Notes: generated from the sequence alone by a model not told the origin. A stretch of 37,409 bases of DNA from an uncultured Leptospiraceae bacterium (GCA_964591055.1 CAZPZJ010000007.1:1-37409), one strand, 5' to 3'. Positions 1-8,920 are shown, counted from the stretch's first letter. A program made the numbers and translations.

Positions 1-939
1 GAGCGCGACGCCGTAGTCGTTCATCAGCTCCGAGTACTCAAACCCGTCGGCGCGCCTTAACACTTTCAGCACGTTGAGCGAGGCGTTGAAGCATTCAATC
101 GCGTTTCCAAGCGGGGAGGAATCGCTTCCGGCCATGCCAAGATACGCCCGCCCCTTCAGGCCCATCACCGCGGCGTACTGGGCGCTTGCCCTCTCGTTCC
201 GCGTGCGGAGTATCTTCTCCGCGCCGTCAAGGTATTGAACCGCCGTTTCGTGCCGCGAAAACACATCGCTGTGCAGCCCGGCAAGCTCGCCGATTGCGTC
301 CACATACTCCCCGTCCGCGTTGACGGCCTTTTGAAAATACGTCAGCGCAAGCCGCGGATCGGAATGGCGCTTTTCAAGCCCCATGCAGTAGTATCGGTAC
401 GCTGTCTGGCTCGTCTTCCGGCGGGCGCCGCCGTCAAACGCGGTCCCGCCCAGGTCGACGCCCTTTTCGCGAAGAAGCCGAAGCAGCGTAAACGCGATCT
501 GCTCCTGCTTCTCACGAAGCTGTCCCGGCGCGCCGGTGATCCGAAACGACTCCAGTATTTTCTGCTTCCGCACGTCGATGAAGTCCGTGGTGATGGTAAG
601 ACCGCTGTCGTCGATGCGGTACGACCCGGTCGCGATGTACTGCGCCGCCAGGAGCCTGCCGACCTTGATCTGGTTTTCGTACACTCCGAGCTGGCTGAGT
701 GTTATCTCGCCCAGGGCTCGGTCCCGCGCTTCAGGCGTCACCACCGTGATTGCGGGCGAAGACGTAAGATCGCTCGCGAGCGCCCTGGCTATCCCCGCGC
801 CCGCGTACGAGTGCTCGGCCGCGCCCAGGTTGCGGTAATTCATCACGCTGACCACCGCCCGGCCGGCGGCCTCCCCCGCGCCGGAATACGCCATGACCAT
901 GAAAAGCGCCGCAAGCGCACATAAGGGTTTCAGCTTCAT
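1..939 (-). CDS. Secreted CsgG/LpoB-like N-terminal domain + TPR protein (C-terminus runs off the window)
   Basis: This gene is not in the supplied track because it is open at the window edge. Hand translation of the minus strand from ATG 939..937 (GGAGG 4 nt upstream) gives MKLKPLCALAALFMVMAYSGAGEA (signal peptide). Next comes VVSVMNYRNLG..GIARALASDLTSS..ITVVTPEARDRALGEITLSQLG..KVGRLLAAQYIATGSY, a CsgG/LpoB-type pattern. TPR-like helices follow (YRYYCMGLEK..ALTYFQKAVNADGEYVDA). The frame stays open to base 1. The +strand ORF 235..924 is its antisense shadow. Confidence 0.6.
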   Translation of the reverse strand, partial: MKLKPLCALAALFMVMAYSGAGEAAGRAVVSVMNYRNLGAAEHSYAGAGIARALASDLTSSPAITVVTPEARDRALGEITLSQLGVYENQIKVGRLLAAQYIATGSYRIDDSGLTITTDFIDVRKQKILESFRITGAPGQLREKQEQIAFTLLRLLREKGVDLGGTAFDGGARRKTSQTAYRYYCMGLEKRHSDPRLALTYFQKAVNADGEYVDAIGELAGLHSDVFSRHETAVQYLDGAEKILRTRNERASAQYAAVMGLKGRAYLGMAGSDSSPLGNAIECFNASLNVLKVLRRADGFEYSELMNDYGVAL

Positions 940-949
940 AGCGCCTCCA

Positions 950-1687
950 CTAAAAATCATCAATCCGCACGACGATGGCCGAGGAGTTGTCCGCGCCTCC
1001 CCGGTCATTCGCCATCTGCACCAGGTCCCGTGCGATTCTCTCCGTGTCGGGATCGCCTGAAATCGCCGCGCCGATATCGGGGTCGTCGACGTATCCGCAG
1101 ATCCCATCCGTGCACAGGAGCAGGATGTCGTTCCTCTTCAGCTTTTCAGTCTTCACATCCACCGCGACTTCGGGTGACGTTCCCACCGCGCGCATGATGA
1201 CATTCCGCTCCGGATGCGTTATCGCCTCTTCGGGCCTGATGATTTTCGCGTCGACAAGCATCTGCACCTTCGAATGGTCCCTGGTTATCTGTATAAGCCT
1301 GTTTTTCCTGTAAATATAAAGCCTGCTGTCGCCCACCCAGCCCACATGCAGGTATTTCCCTGCGAGCAACGCGACCACCGCGGTCGTCCCCATCCCTTTT
1401 TTCGAGGGATCGGCCAATGCCGCGGCATAAATCCCGCCGTTCGCCCGGATGATCGATCGCTCTATCAACGCCCTGGCGGCTTTGTCCTTCATTCCCTGCA
1501 CATATCCCGCGCGAAGGATTTCAAGCGCCGTACGCACCAGCTCCGCGCTCGCCACCTCGCCGCATGCGTGTCCTCCCATGCCGTCGGCAAGCGCGAACAG
1601 GCCAAGGGATTCGTCAAACCCGATCGAATCCTCGTTCAGCTTCCTCACGAGCCCCACGTCAGTTTTACCCGACACCGCGTATTCCAT
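950..1687 (-). CDS. PP2C-family Ser/Thr protein phosphatase
   Basis: The 245-aa product carries the classic PP2C motifs: GKTDVGLVRKLNEDS, FALADGMGGHACGEVAS, LLCTDGICGYV and RGGADNSSAIVV. It lies 10 nt upstream of the next minus-strand gene and 34 nt downstream of the FHA-protease gene, consistent with an operon. Confidence 0.9.
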   Translation of the reverse strand: MEYAVSGKTDVGLVRKLNEDSIGFDESLGLFALADGMGGHACGEVASAELVRTALEILRAGYVQGMKDKAARALIERSIIRANGGIYAAALADPSKKGMGTTAVVALLAGKYLHVGWVGDSRLYIYRKNRLIQITRDHSKVQMLVDAKIIRPEEAITHPERNVIMRAVGTSPEVAVDVKTEKLKRNDILLLCTDGICGYVDDPDIGAAISGDPDTERIARDLVQMANDRGGADNSSAIVVRIDDF

Positions 1688-1721
1688 AAGCTCTCCACCA
1701 CGTATGTGATTTTTCCATCAA

Positions 1722-3404
1722 TCAGTACTGAAGCGCAACGTGCTGTCCGGCGAAAACCCGCGCGGAACTTCCCGATATCCCCGTATTGATCGGGGCGGGA
1801 TTTGCCGAGACCTTTCTCGCCAGAGATCCCAGATCGCCGATTTCAACCGTTCCCGACGTGTCAAGCTCCGGTTGCGCCCCGTCGTCAGAAAGCGTCATCA
1901 TGGTCTCCACGCCCTGGTTTATAAACTGCCTTCCGCCGTCGAGGTACAGCCCGGCCCTGTGTACGGCGATCACCTTCCCCTCCGGCGTTATGACGGGGCC
2001 GCCCGAGTTTCCTTCCTGCGTGGTGATGTCGTACAGGAGCCTTCCGCCTTCATCCACCCTCGACACGATCCCGGCGAGCGCCGTGCATGACGCGATCGAT
2101 CCCGGCTCGTCAAGGCCCGAAGGAAACCCGAGGATCACCACCGGGCACGCCTGGGCCGGTGCCTGTGACTCGATTTTCAGGCTGGGGCACCCCGATTTAT
2201 CGACTTTCAGCAGCGCGAGATCGGCCTGCCGGTCCACCGCGACAATCCTCGCGCCAAGTGCGCCGCCCGTGCCGTTAAAGGTGACAGTGATGGCACGCAG
2301 CCTCCCGGTGAATCCCCTGTCGCGGAGGTCGTCATGAAACGCCCACGGATTGGCCACGTGCGCGTTGGTGATGATGTAGCCGTCCTCTCTGACGCAAAAC
2401 CCGCTGCCCCGCATGGAAAAACGGCACGGCCTGCCGTCATACATTCCCCGCCGCCCCGTACCCGCCTCCACCAGGTCGTATGTTGTCGCGATTCGGACAA
2501 CCGCCTTCCCCGCCTCGTTTACAGCTCCGCTCATCGCCTGGATGGAACGCCTCATTGAACGCACGTTTCTTTTCAGCGCCTCTATGTCATCGCGAGCGGT
2601 CTTTCCGTCCCGCTCGAGCAGCGCAACCTTCTCAAGAAGGGCGCTCTCGGAATCGCGCACGCATTTTTCCAGCATCCTGTCGGCCGTCTTGAGCTCCGTG
2701 TAATGATAGTATTCACGAACGCCCGTGAACGCCGCTCCCAGCGCGACCAGTGCGATGACAAATGCGAGTGCGTAGATGTTCATCCTTGTTTTCTTTCTTT
2801 CCTGGCCGATACGCAGGTCGATTTTTTTCTCTTCCTGCTTTAAAACGCGCAGGAACATGCTCTTCCGCACAAAGTCCTTCCCGGACTCGAATGCCCTGAT
2901 CACCGCGCTATCGCTTTTTATTCGCGGACCGCCGGGAGCCCTTTCGCGCGCATGCGCGTCATCCACGAATGTCCCGTCCGCAGCTTCGCGGCGCGCACCC
3001 CCCTCCGCCATTCCCCGGTCCCGCACGGGCGGGACGGGGATGTACGGACGATCGTCACGGATCGGCGTATCTTCATAGATGGCAACCCTCACCTGCGGGC
3101 CGTTCAGGCCGCACTGGATGACATCACCGTTCCGCAGCTGCTGCTCTTCCACCAAAAGGGAATTCACGTAGGTCCCGTTCTTCGCTCCCGCGTTTTTAAG
3201 CACATAAGCATTTCCCACCAGCTTCACTTCGCAGTGCATGCCGCGAGTCGCGACGGCATCCGCGAGGTGATCAAAGGAAATATCGCAGTCCTGACTGCCA
3301 GGTTTCATCTCCCTCCCCAGGACAATGCTCTCTTTTTCACGCCCGTATTCGCGTACAAGACCTTTTTTCCCGCCGGAAATGACCTCAAGGCATATCTTCA
3401 TCAT
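1722..3404 (-). CDS. FHA domain - TM - coiled coil - trypsin-like (S1/DegP-type) serine protease fusion
   Basis: The N-terminus is an FHA domain (VLGRE..CDISF..RGMHCEV..NAGAKNGTYVN..L.NGDVIQCG). A single TM follows (IYALAFVIALVALGAAF), then a coiled coil. The catalytic triad contexts are ITNAHVA, DLALLKV and GNSGGPV. I chose the start at the ATGATG at 3404 (GAGGGG upstream) rather than the track start at 3473. Confidence 0.85.
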   Translation of the reverse strand: MMKICLEVISGGKKGLVREYGREKESIVLGREMKPGSQDCDISFDHLADAVATRGMHCEVKLVGNAYVLKNAGAKNGTYVNSLLVEEQQLRNGDVIQCGLNGPQVRVAIYEDTPIRDDRPYIPVPPVRDRGMAEGGARREAADGTFVDDAHARERAPGGPRIKSDSAVIRAFESGKDFVRKSMFLRVLKQEEKKIDLRIGQERKKTRMNIYALAFVIALVALGAAFTGVREYYHYTELKTADRMLEKCVRDSESALLEKVALLERDGKTARDDIEALKRNVRSMRRSIQAMSGAVNEAGKAVVRIATTYDLVEAGTGRRGMYDGRPCRFSMRGSGFCVREDGYIITNAHVANPWAFHDDLRDRGFTGRLRAITVTFNGTGGALGARIVAVDRQADLALLKVDKSGCPSLKIESQAPAQACPVVILGFPSGLDEPGSIASCTALAGIVSRVDEGGRLLYDITTQEGNSGGPVITPEGKVIAVHRAGLYLDGGRQFINQGVETMMTLSDDGAQPELDTSGTVEIGDLGSLARKVSANPAPINTGISGSSARVFAGQHVALQY

Positions 3405-3551
3405 TGCGTTTCCCCTCACAATGGCCACGTGTTCTGTAACGGATGTGCGACATACAGGAATAGACGGCTGCAAGCATAAGATTTCAACTTTATTTCAGCC
3501 TATGATAATATTTTTTTTCGTCCATTAATTATTAACATGCCATTATTGCCC

Positions 3552-3581
3552 TTGACAATCAATTTAAATTTGGCGTACATT
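3552..3581 (+). promoter_or_regulatory. Sigma70-like promoter candidate for the FHA-PrsW gene
   Basis: TTGACA (3552..3557), an 18-nt spacer, then TACATT (3576..3581). It sits in the AT-rich divergent intergenic region about 35 nt upstream of the ATG at 3616. Confidence 0.4.
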
Positions 3582-3615
3582 CAACCGGTGAAAAAAAGTG
3601 GGCGGGAGAGCAAGC

Positions 3616-4875
3616 ATGAGCGTGATGTCCGAAAGCAGCATGATTACCGTAACATTCATCAGCGGCCCCAGGAAGGGCGAAACGTTGAGGTTCGGCAAGA
3701 GCGTAATCACATTCGGCAGGGAGGAATCATGCGACGTTTCATTCAGGGGAGAGAGTTACTCCACGGTATCCGCAAGGCACGCCGCACTGGAATTCAAATC
3801 GGGCTCATGGGTGCTCACCGACACCAGCACAAACGGCACCTACGTCGGGGATAAAAAGCTTCTGCGCAAATCGTACGTCACGCTGAAGAGCGGAGACACG
3901 TTTCGGTTTTCGCGAAACGGCGACCTGCTCAGAGTAAGTATGGAAGGGGACGTTCCGAGGGAAGACGGCTTTATGACCAATCCCGGCATCACAAAAATAA
4001 TCCCCATCGCCAGAATGGACTTTATCACAAACCTCAAATCACAGCCCTTCTTCATCATCGGAATCATCACCGCAATCTCCGGGGTTCTGCTCTTCTCGCT
4101 GCTGAACGCCGCAGCCGAGAGCCCATCGGGCACGGCCACCGGCTACATCTACGCGTACGAGCTTTTGCTCGGGCTGTACATCGGGGCTTTGATTCTCTTC
4201 GCCATTACCAGAATCTCGAAAACCAGGATGCCGGCATGGTTTATCGCCTGGCCCGCGGCCACCACGGCGGTAATGCTTTTCTTTTTCAGCCCCCTCCTGG
4301 TGAACACGTCGCACTCTTCGCTGTTCAGCCCGCTGCTTTCCGAATACAACAGGAGTTTCATCCTGTCGCTCGCCGGCCACTTCCTCGGGGTCGGACTTCC
4401 CGAGGAGCTATTTAAAAGCATCCCCGTATGGATTGGCGTCATTTTCGCGCCGGCCTTCGAGAAAAGAAAGATCAGCGGCTTCGGCGGAGGGCGCCTCCAC
4501 CAGAAAGCGGCCGTTTTCATCGGCGCGTCATCGGCGATCGGATTCATTATCGTGGAGACCCTCTTTGTGTACGTGCCGGGAATTCAGCGGCACGGGGACA
4601 TCGCTGCGGGGCTGATGCTGCTCATTCCTCGATTCATCACGGGGATCAGCGGGCACGTGGCCTGGAGCGGCACGTTCGCTTACTTCATCGGGCTGGCGCA
4701 GAACATAAAGGCGGGAAAACTCAAGTACGTCGCCGGGGCATGGCTTGCCGCCGGGCTGCTCCATGGGCTCTGGAACGCGGCGTCCATAACGGGCTCACCG
4801 CTCCTTCTGGGCGGCATCGTCGCCGTCATTTCATTTATCGCCTTCAGCGCCTATCTCTACAAGGCCCAGGATTGA
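3616..4875 (+). CDS. FHA domain fused to a PrsW-like polytopic intramembrane metalloprotease
   Basis: The N-terminus is an FHA domain (FGREESCDVSF..STVSARHAALEF..DTSTNGTYV..LKSGDTFRF). At least 6 hydrophobic helices follow, carrying PrsW-type motifs: EELFK (ExxK), IIVETLFVY, GHVAWSG and HGLWNA (HxxxN). I placed the start at ATG 3616 (GGGAGAG upstream); the track's GTG is at 3598. Confidence 0.8.
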   Translation: MSVMSESSMITVTFISGPRKGETLRFGKSVITFGREESCDVSFRGESYSTVSARHAALEFKSGSWVLTDTSTNGTYVGDKKLLRKSYVTLKSGDTFRFSRNGDLLRVSMEGDVPREDGFMTNPGITKIIPIARMDFITNLKSQPFFIIGIITAISGVLLFSLLNAAAESPSGTATGYIYAYELLLGLYIGALILFAITRISKTRMPAWFIAWPAATTAVMLFFFSPLLVNTSHSSLFSPLLSEYNRSFILSLAGHFLGVGLPEELFKSIPVWIGVIFAPAFEKRKISGFGGGRLHQKAAVFIGASSAIGFIIVETLFVYVPGIQRHGDIAAGLMLLIPRFITGISGHVAWSGTFAYFIGLAQNIKAGKLKYVAGAWLAAGLLHGLWNAASITGSPLLLGGIVAVISFIAFSAYLYKAQD

Positions 4876-4879
4876 CGCC

Positions 4880-4904
4880 GAACGCCGGGGCTCCCCCGGC
4901 GTTC
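4880..4904. terminator. Hairpin between convergent genes (bidirectional terminator candidate)
   Basis: GAACGCCGGGG-CTC-CCCCGGCGTTC forms a perfect 11-bp GC-rich stem. It lies between the stops at 4875 (+) and 4934 (-). There is no long T-run. Confidence 0.55.
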
Positions 4905-4933
4905 GCACAATCCATTCGGCGCATTACGGCCTG

Positions 4934-7495
4934 TCAGAAGGGATATCTAAGAAACTTTCCCTCTCTGTTGATGTATGCAATCTTAAAATCGTATGTGCTG
5001 TTTGGATTGAGTACATAGACCTTCGCCACGCCGTTTTTAAATACGTAGGCGTCCCTGTCTTGCATTATTGCTTTTTCATTACTTGTATCAATACCCGGAT
5101 AACGGTAGGCCAGCTCGAACACGGGCCTGTTGTCCCTGTCAATGTACTTGATAATTCCCCCGGCCACGACCGCGGCGAGCCCCTCACTGAAATCAAACGC
5201 CCTGTCATACTGAAAGTTTATCTTGACGTCTCCCGAGGCGGTTACATACCCCCAGCGTGATTGCATGCTGGCTCTTGCGAGGCCCTCACTGAAATTGCCG
5301 GCACGATCATACTCAAAAATGGAAGTATTGAAATTCGAGTCGATATAGGTAAATTTCCCGTTTTTCCTAATCGAAGCCCGCCCCTCGTGGAAATCCGAAC
5401 AGGTGATTCTGTTTAATGATAATGAATACTCACCTCGATCGCTTCCGCCATGTAAAAAAACTCTTATGTAAAACACACCGCTGATAGACATGGTCAGGTA
5501 ATCGGAGACATCACTGCTATAAGCGCTACCTATCAGATTATTCATCGTTCCGTCATAAACCTCGAAATCGATATTGGTTAAGCTGTCATGATTGAGCTCA
5601 ATATCGACGGGATTCACCAGATTTCCTCCAACCAGGAACCAATCCTCCTGATCGCCGAAACCGAGAATTCCTTGAATAATGTCTCCGGGATTGGCATTGC
5701 TCAATCTGTCCGGATTGAATGCCGTATTGTTATTTGTTAATCCTGCACTTATTATTTCCGATTCAAGCATAATATTTATGGTCTGGAGCGTCTTCTTCAT
5801 ATCGCCACTTTTATCAATATACCCCATGTGCATGTTATCCCGCGCACACGCAAAGCCCTCATAAAAATCGCCCGCGCTTGTAAAACGCGGCGGAATCACC
5901 TCCTCTCCGCTTCTATTGATGAATCCGAACAGGAGCTTGTTCCCGTCTCTTTTACTGACACGCGCCAGCCCGTCAGAGAAATCATATACGCATGAGTAAT
6001 TCTGATTTACATTCATTCTCTTCCCGTTTAAATCGATGTAATCATAGACACCGTTTATATGAACCCAGGCCTTCCCCTCGTGGAAATTGCCGGTAAAGTC
6101 AAATATCGGATCCGTTACGGCTTTACCCGATGTGCCAATAAATCCGATTTTTCCATTTTTTAAATACCACGCCCTTCCCTCAAAAAACTCACCCAGCCCA
6201 TCAAATGTGGGCCGAATCACTTCTTCGCCGTCACTGTCCATTGCGCCCCAGTTGTTTCCCGCTTTAAACGGATACAGTGTCCGCGGACAGCTCAGCGCCA
6301 GCCAGAGAACAACAATCAGGACAAGCGCCCCAAGCGCCGCTCCCCCAACGATTGATTCCTTTTTTCTGGCGCGAATGAACTGCAGTACGATGTCCCTCAT
6401 GTTTTTAATGCGCTCGATGGCCATTCCGAAATAGTTCTTCTTCACCGACGCAACAACGCCGACGGGAATATCCGGGACCGTTTCCTCTCTCATCACCGGC
6501 TTTACCACCGTCACTGTTTCCACTGCGGCATCGTCCTTCCGGCCTTCATCTTTCACCGGATCGGGCTTCACCTGCTTTCCGGACAGCTTCGCGATAGCTT
6601 CAAGTACGGCCTCGGCGCTTTGAGGCCTGTTCTCCTTTCTTTTTTCCAGCATTCCGTCCACAAGTTTCACAAGCCCGGCGGACACATAGGGCGCAACGTT
6701 CGCGAGGGACTCCGGTTTCACTTTCACCTGCTTGGACAGGAGGTCGTCTGTCGAGCTGCCGTCCAGTGGGACGCGCCCCGACAGCATTTCATACATCATA
6801 ACTCCCAGCGCATACAGGTCGGACCGCCCGTCCACGCCCTCCTTCCCCGAGCACTGCTCCGGCGACATGTACCGCAGCGTACCCACCGTGTGCCCCCGGG
6901 TTGTCAATCCCGTTTCGCCCATCACTTTCGCAATGCCGAAATCCATCACATAGAGATTCTCCCCGCCGTTTTCAATCCTGCCAATCATTATGTTGTCGGG
7001 TTTAAGGTCCCGGTGAAACACCTCCGTGGAGTGGGCGAATTTGAGGGCCTCACACACCTTGCTCACATACTCGACAACATCGCCCTCAGGCAGCGTTTTT
7101 TTCCTGGCGATCATGGCCGACAGCGTTTCGCCCTCCACAAGGGGCATGGTGAAAAACGTGATCCCGTTTATGACATCCGCGGAAAAAATCTGAATGATGT
7201 TCCTGTGATTGAGCCGCGCCAGGACCTGTATTTCCTGCAGAAACCTCTTGCGCACTCTTTCATTGAACGATAACGCCTTTGGCAGCACCTTGATCGCCCT
7301 CGGCCGGTCGAGCATGACATCCCTGACCTGGTACACAATCGCCATGCCCCCGCGGCCTATTTCCCTGATCACCTCGTACTTCCCGGACAGGGCGTTTCGA
7401 ACCTCCCGCAAATCGGCGTCCTCAAGCATTCGCCCGCATCCAATGCAGAAAGAAGCGCCGTCCTCATTCTCGGTATTGCACACATTACACAGCAT
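4934..7495 (-). CDS. Zinc-ribbon / Hanks-type Ser/Thr kinase / TM / WG-repeat ectodomain with embedded PPC-like domain
   Basis: The protein starts MLCNVCNTENEDGASFCIGCG (a CxxC..CxxC ribbon). The kinase motifs are GRGGMAIVY, AIKVL, HRDLKPDNIM, MDFGIAK and GTLRYMSPE. A TM helix follows (GGAALGALVLIVVLWLAL). Many WG-type repeats are present (F.EG.A....GK.GYID..G). A PPC-like block is also present (GDIIQGILGFGDQEDWFLV..GVFYIRV..GEYSLSL). I placed the start at ATG 7495 (GAGGGGG upstream); the track start at 7513 is a TTG. Confidence 0.9.
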   Translation of the reverse strand: MLCNVCNTENEDGASFCIGCGRMLEDADLREVRNALSGKYEVIREIGRGGMAIVYQVRDVMLDRPRAIKVLPKALSFNERVRKRFLQEIQVLARLNHRNIIQIFSADVINGITFFTMPLVEGETLSAMIARKKTLPEGDVVEYVSKVCEALKFAHSTEVFHRDLKPDNIMIGRIENGGENLYVMDFGIAKVMGETGLTTRGHTVGTLRYMSPEQCSGKEGVDGRSDLYALGVMMYEMLSGRVPLDGSSTDDLLSKQVKVKPESLANVAPYVSAGLVKLVDGMLEKRKENRPQSAEAVLEAIAKLSGKQVKPDPVKDEGRKDDAAVETVTVVKPVMREETVPDIPVGVVASVKKNYFGMAIERIKNMRDIVLQFIRARKKESIVGGAALGALVLIVVLWLALSCPRTLYPFKAGNNWGAMDSDGEEVIRPTFDGLGEFFEGRAWYLKNGKIGFIGTSGKAVTDPIFDFTGNFHEGKAWVHINGVYDYIDLNGKRMNVNQNYSCVYDFSDGLARVSKRDGNKLLFGFINRSGEEVIPPRFTSAGDFYEGFACARDNMHMGYIDKSGDMKKTLQTINIMLESEIISAGLTNNNTAFNPDRLSNANPGDIIQGILGFGDQEDWFLVGGNLVNPVDIELNHDSLTNIDFEVYDGTMNNLIGSAYSSDVSDYLTMSISGVFYIRVFLHGGSDRGEYSLSLNRITCSDFHEGRASIRKNGKFTYIDSNFNTSIFEYDRAGNFSEGLARASMQSRWGYVTASGDVKINFQYDRAFDFSEGLAAVVAGGIIKYIDRDNRPVFELAYRYPGIDTSNEKAIMQDRDAYVFKNGVAKVYVLNPNSTYDFKIAYINREGKFLRYPF

Positions 7496-7525
7496 AGCAT
7501 CCCCCTCTCGCAATCGCTTGATGTA

Positions 7526-8920
7526 TTATCTGTTTGAACCGAACTTCTCAACCAGCGCATTGATCTTATACTGCAGATATATGGCCCCCAGAAAGAACGT
7601 GGCCGCCCCGGAAAAAGCGACGTCCGCCTTCATGTGGAGGTTAAAATGCTCGTCAAGCATTCGCTGCCCCTTGAACGCCTGCACCACGAGCAAAACCGGC
7701 AGAAGAATCATGAGAGCCAGAAACAACAGGATAGCGATGCCGAGCGCATCCGATTGGCTATGTGGGTTTTCCGCAGTTACGCTCCATACATACAGGAAAA
7801 GAATCGCCTCGGTGATGCAGAGTATGATAATAACACCAAGGACATTCTGGCTGAACTTTTCGCGCGTTGTCAGGCTGTTAAACAGTTTCATCCTGCCTGA
7901 AAACCAGAATGGCATGTACAACCCGGCCGATACAACCGTGAAAAGAATCACAAGCGCAAGATTCGTTTTTTGCAATTCAAGGGGGCCATCGGGAACGTCC
8001 GCGCCGCCTCCCGCCGCTTCCAGGGCCTTTGCCGCCTCCGCGGCGCTTTGCGGCCTTTCCGACGGTTTTTTTTCAAGAAGCGAATCCACAAGCCCCGCCA
8101 GTCTCCTGTCGATCTTTGGATTGACGGCGAGCAGAGATTCAGGCTTTTCATGAATATGATTGTACATCAGCGAAGTGGTCTCCCCCTCAAAGGGGAGCCG
8201 TCCGGAAAGCATCGCGTAAAGGACAACCCCCAGCGCGTAAAGATCGGTTCTCTGGTCCAGTTGCCCCCCGGTCCACTGCTCCGGCGCCATGAACTGCGGA
8301 GTGCCCACAAGTTTATCGCTTGAAGCCCTGTCTGAGTCCGACATCGCCTTCGCGATACCGAAGTCCATGATGTAAACATGGTTCCAGCGGTCCACCATGA
8401 TGTTTTCAAGCTTCAAATCCAGGTGAAGGACCTTCCTTGTATGGGCGTATTCAAGCGCACGGCACACCTGAAGCGCAATTTCCACCGCTTCCCGTGAAGA
8501 CAACGCACCCCGTTCCTGGAGGTAATTTTGTAAGTTATTTCCCTCAACATGTTTCATGGTGAAATAGAAATATCCATCCACGCTATCGGCGCTGTAGAGA
8601 TGAACGATGTTCGGATGGTCGATTTTAGCGAGCAACCTCACCTCATGCTTGAATTGCTCAATAAAACTGGCGTTATATGTGAGGTCCCTGGGGAGGACCT
8701 TCAATGCGACGTCCCTGTCAAGAGAAACATCCCTCGCCAGATACACAATCGCCATGCCCCCCCGGCCTATTTCACGCGTTATCTCATACCTGTCCCTGAC
8801 GAGGCCTCTCAACTCCTCGATTGTTTTATCGTTTTCCGGCGCTACGATCAGCTCGTTGCCGCATTTTTTACAGAACTTCGCGCTTACTATATTCCCTGTT
8901 CCGCATTTATCGCATATCAT
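7526..8920 (-). CDS. Zinc-ribbon / Ser/Thr kinase (non-RD, HLD) / C-terminal polytopic DUF4234-like membrane module
   Basis: The protein starts MICDKCGTGNIVSAKFCKKCG. The kinase motifs are GRGGMAIVY, VALKVL, HLDLKLENIM, MDFGIAK and GTPQFMAPE. The C-terminus has four or more hydrophobic helices with GLYMPFWF and GAIYLQYKIN signatures. I prefer the start at 8920 because of a GGAGG 5 nt upstream; the track start is 8974. Confidence 0.85.
   Translation of the reverse strand: MICDKCGTGNIVSAKFCKKCGNELIVAPENDKTIEELRGLVRDRYEITREIGRGGMAIVYLARDVSLDRDVALKVLPRDLTYNASFIEQFKHEVRLLAKIDHPNIVHLYSADSVDGYFYFTMKHVEGNNLQNYLQERGALSSREAVEIALQVCRALEYAHTRKVLHLDLKLENIMVDRWNHVYIMDFGIAKAMSDSDRASSDKLVGTPQFMAPEQWTGGQLDQRTDLYALGVVLYAMLSGRLPFEGETTSLMYNHIHEKPESLLAVNPKIDRRLAGLVDSLLEKKPSERPQSAAEAAKALEAAGGGADVPDGPLELQKTNLALVILFTVVSAGLYMPFWFSGRMKLFNSLTTREKFSQNVLGVIIILCITEAILFLYVWSVTAENPHSQSDALGIAILLFLALMILLPVLLVVQAFKGQRMLDEHFNLHMKADVAFSGAATFFLGAIYLQYKINALVEKFGSNR

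Noticed and set aside
235-924. 229-aa plus-strand ORF in the track
   Set aside because: It is extremely Arg/Pro/Gly-rich (RRHHRDCGRRRKIARERPG...), has no RBS and shows no motifs. It is the antisense shadow of a well-formed minus-strand gene (signal peptide + CsgG-like + TPR) that the track omits because it is open at the window edge.
7209-8153. 314-aa plus-strand ORF spanning the junction of the two kinase genes
   Set aside because: It lies antisense to two kinase domains that have complete Hanks motifs, has no RBS, and has Ser/Arg-rich shadow composition.
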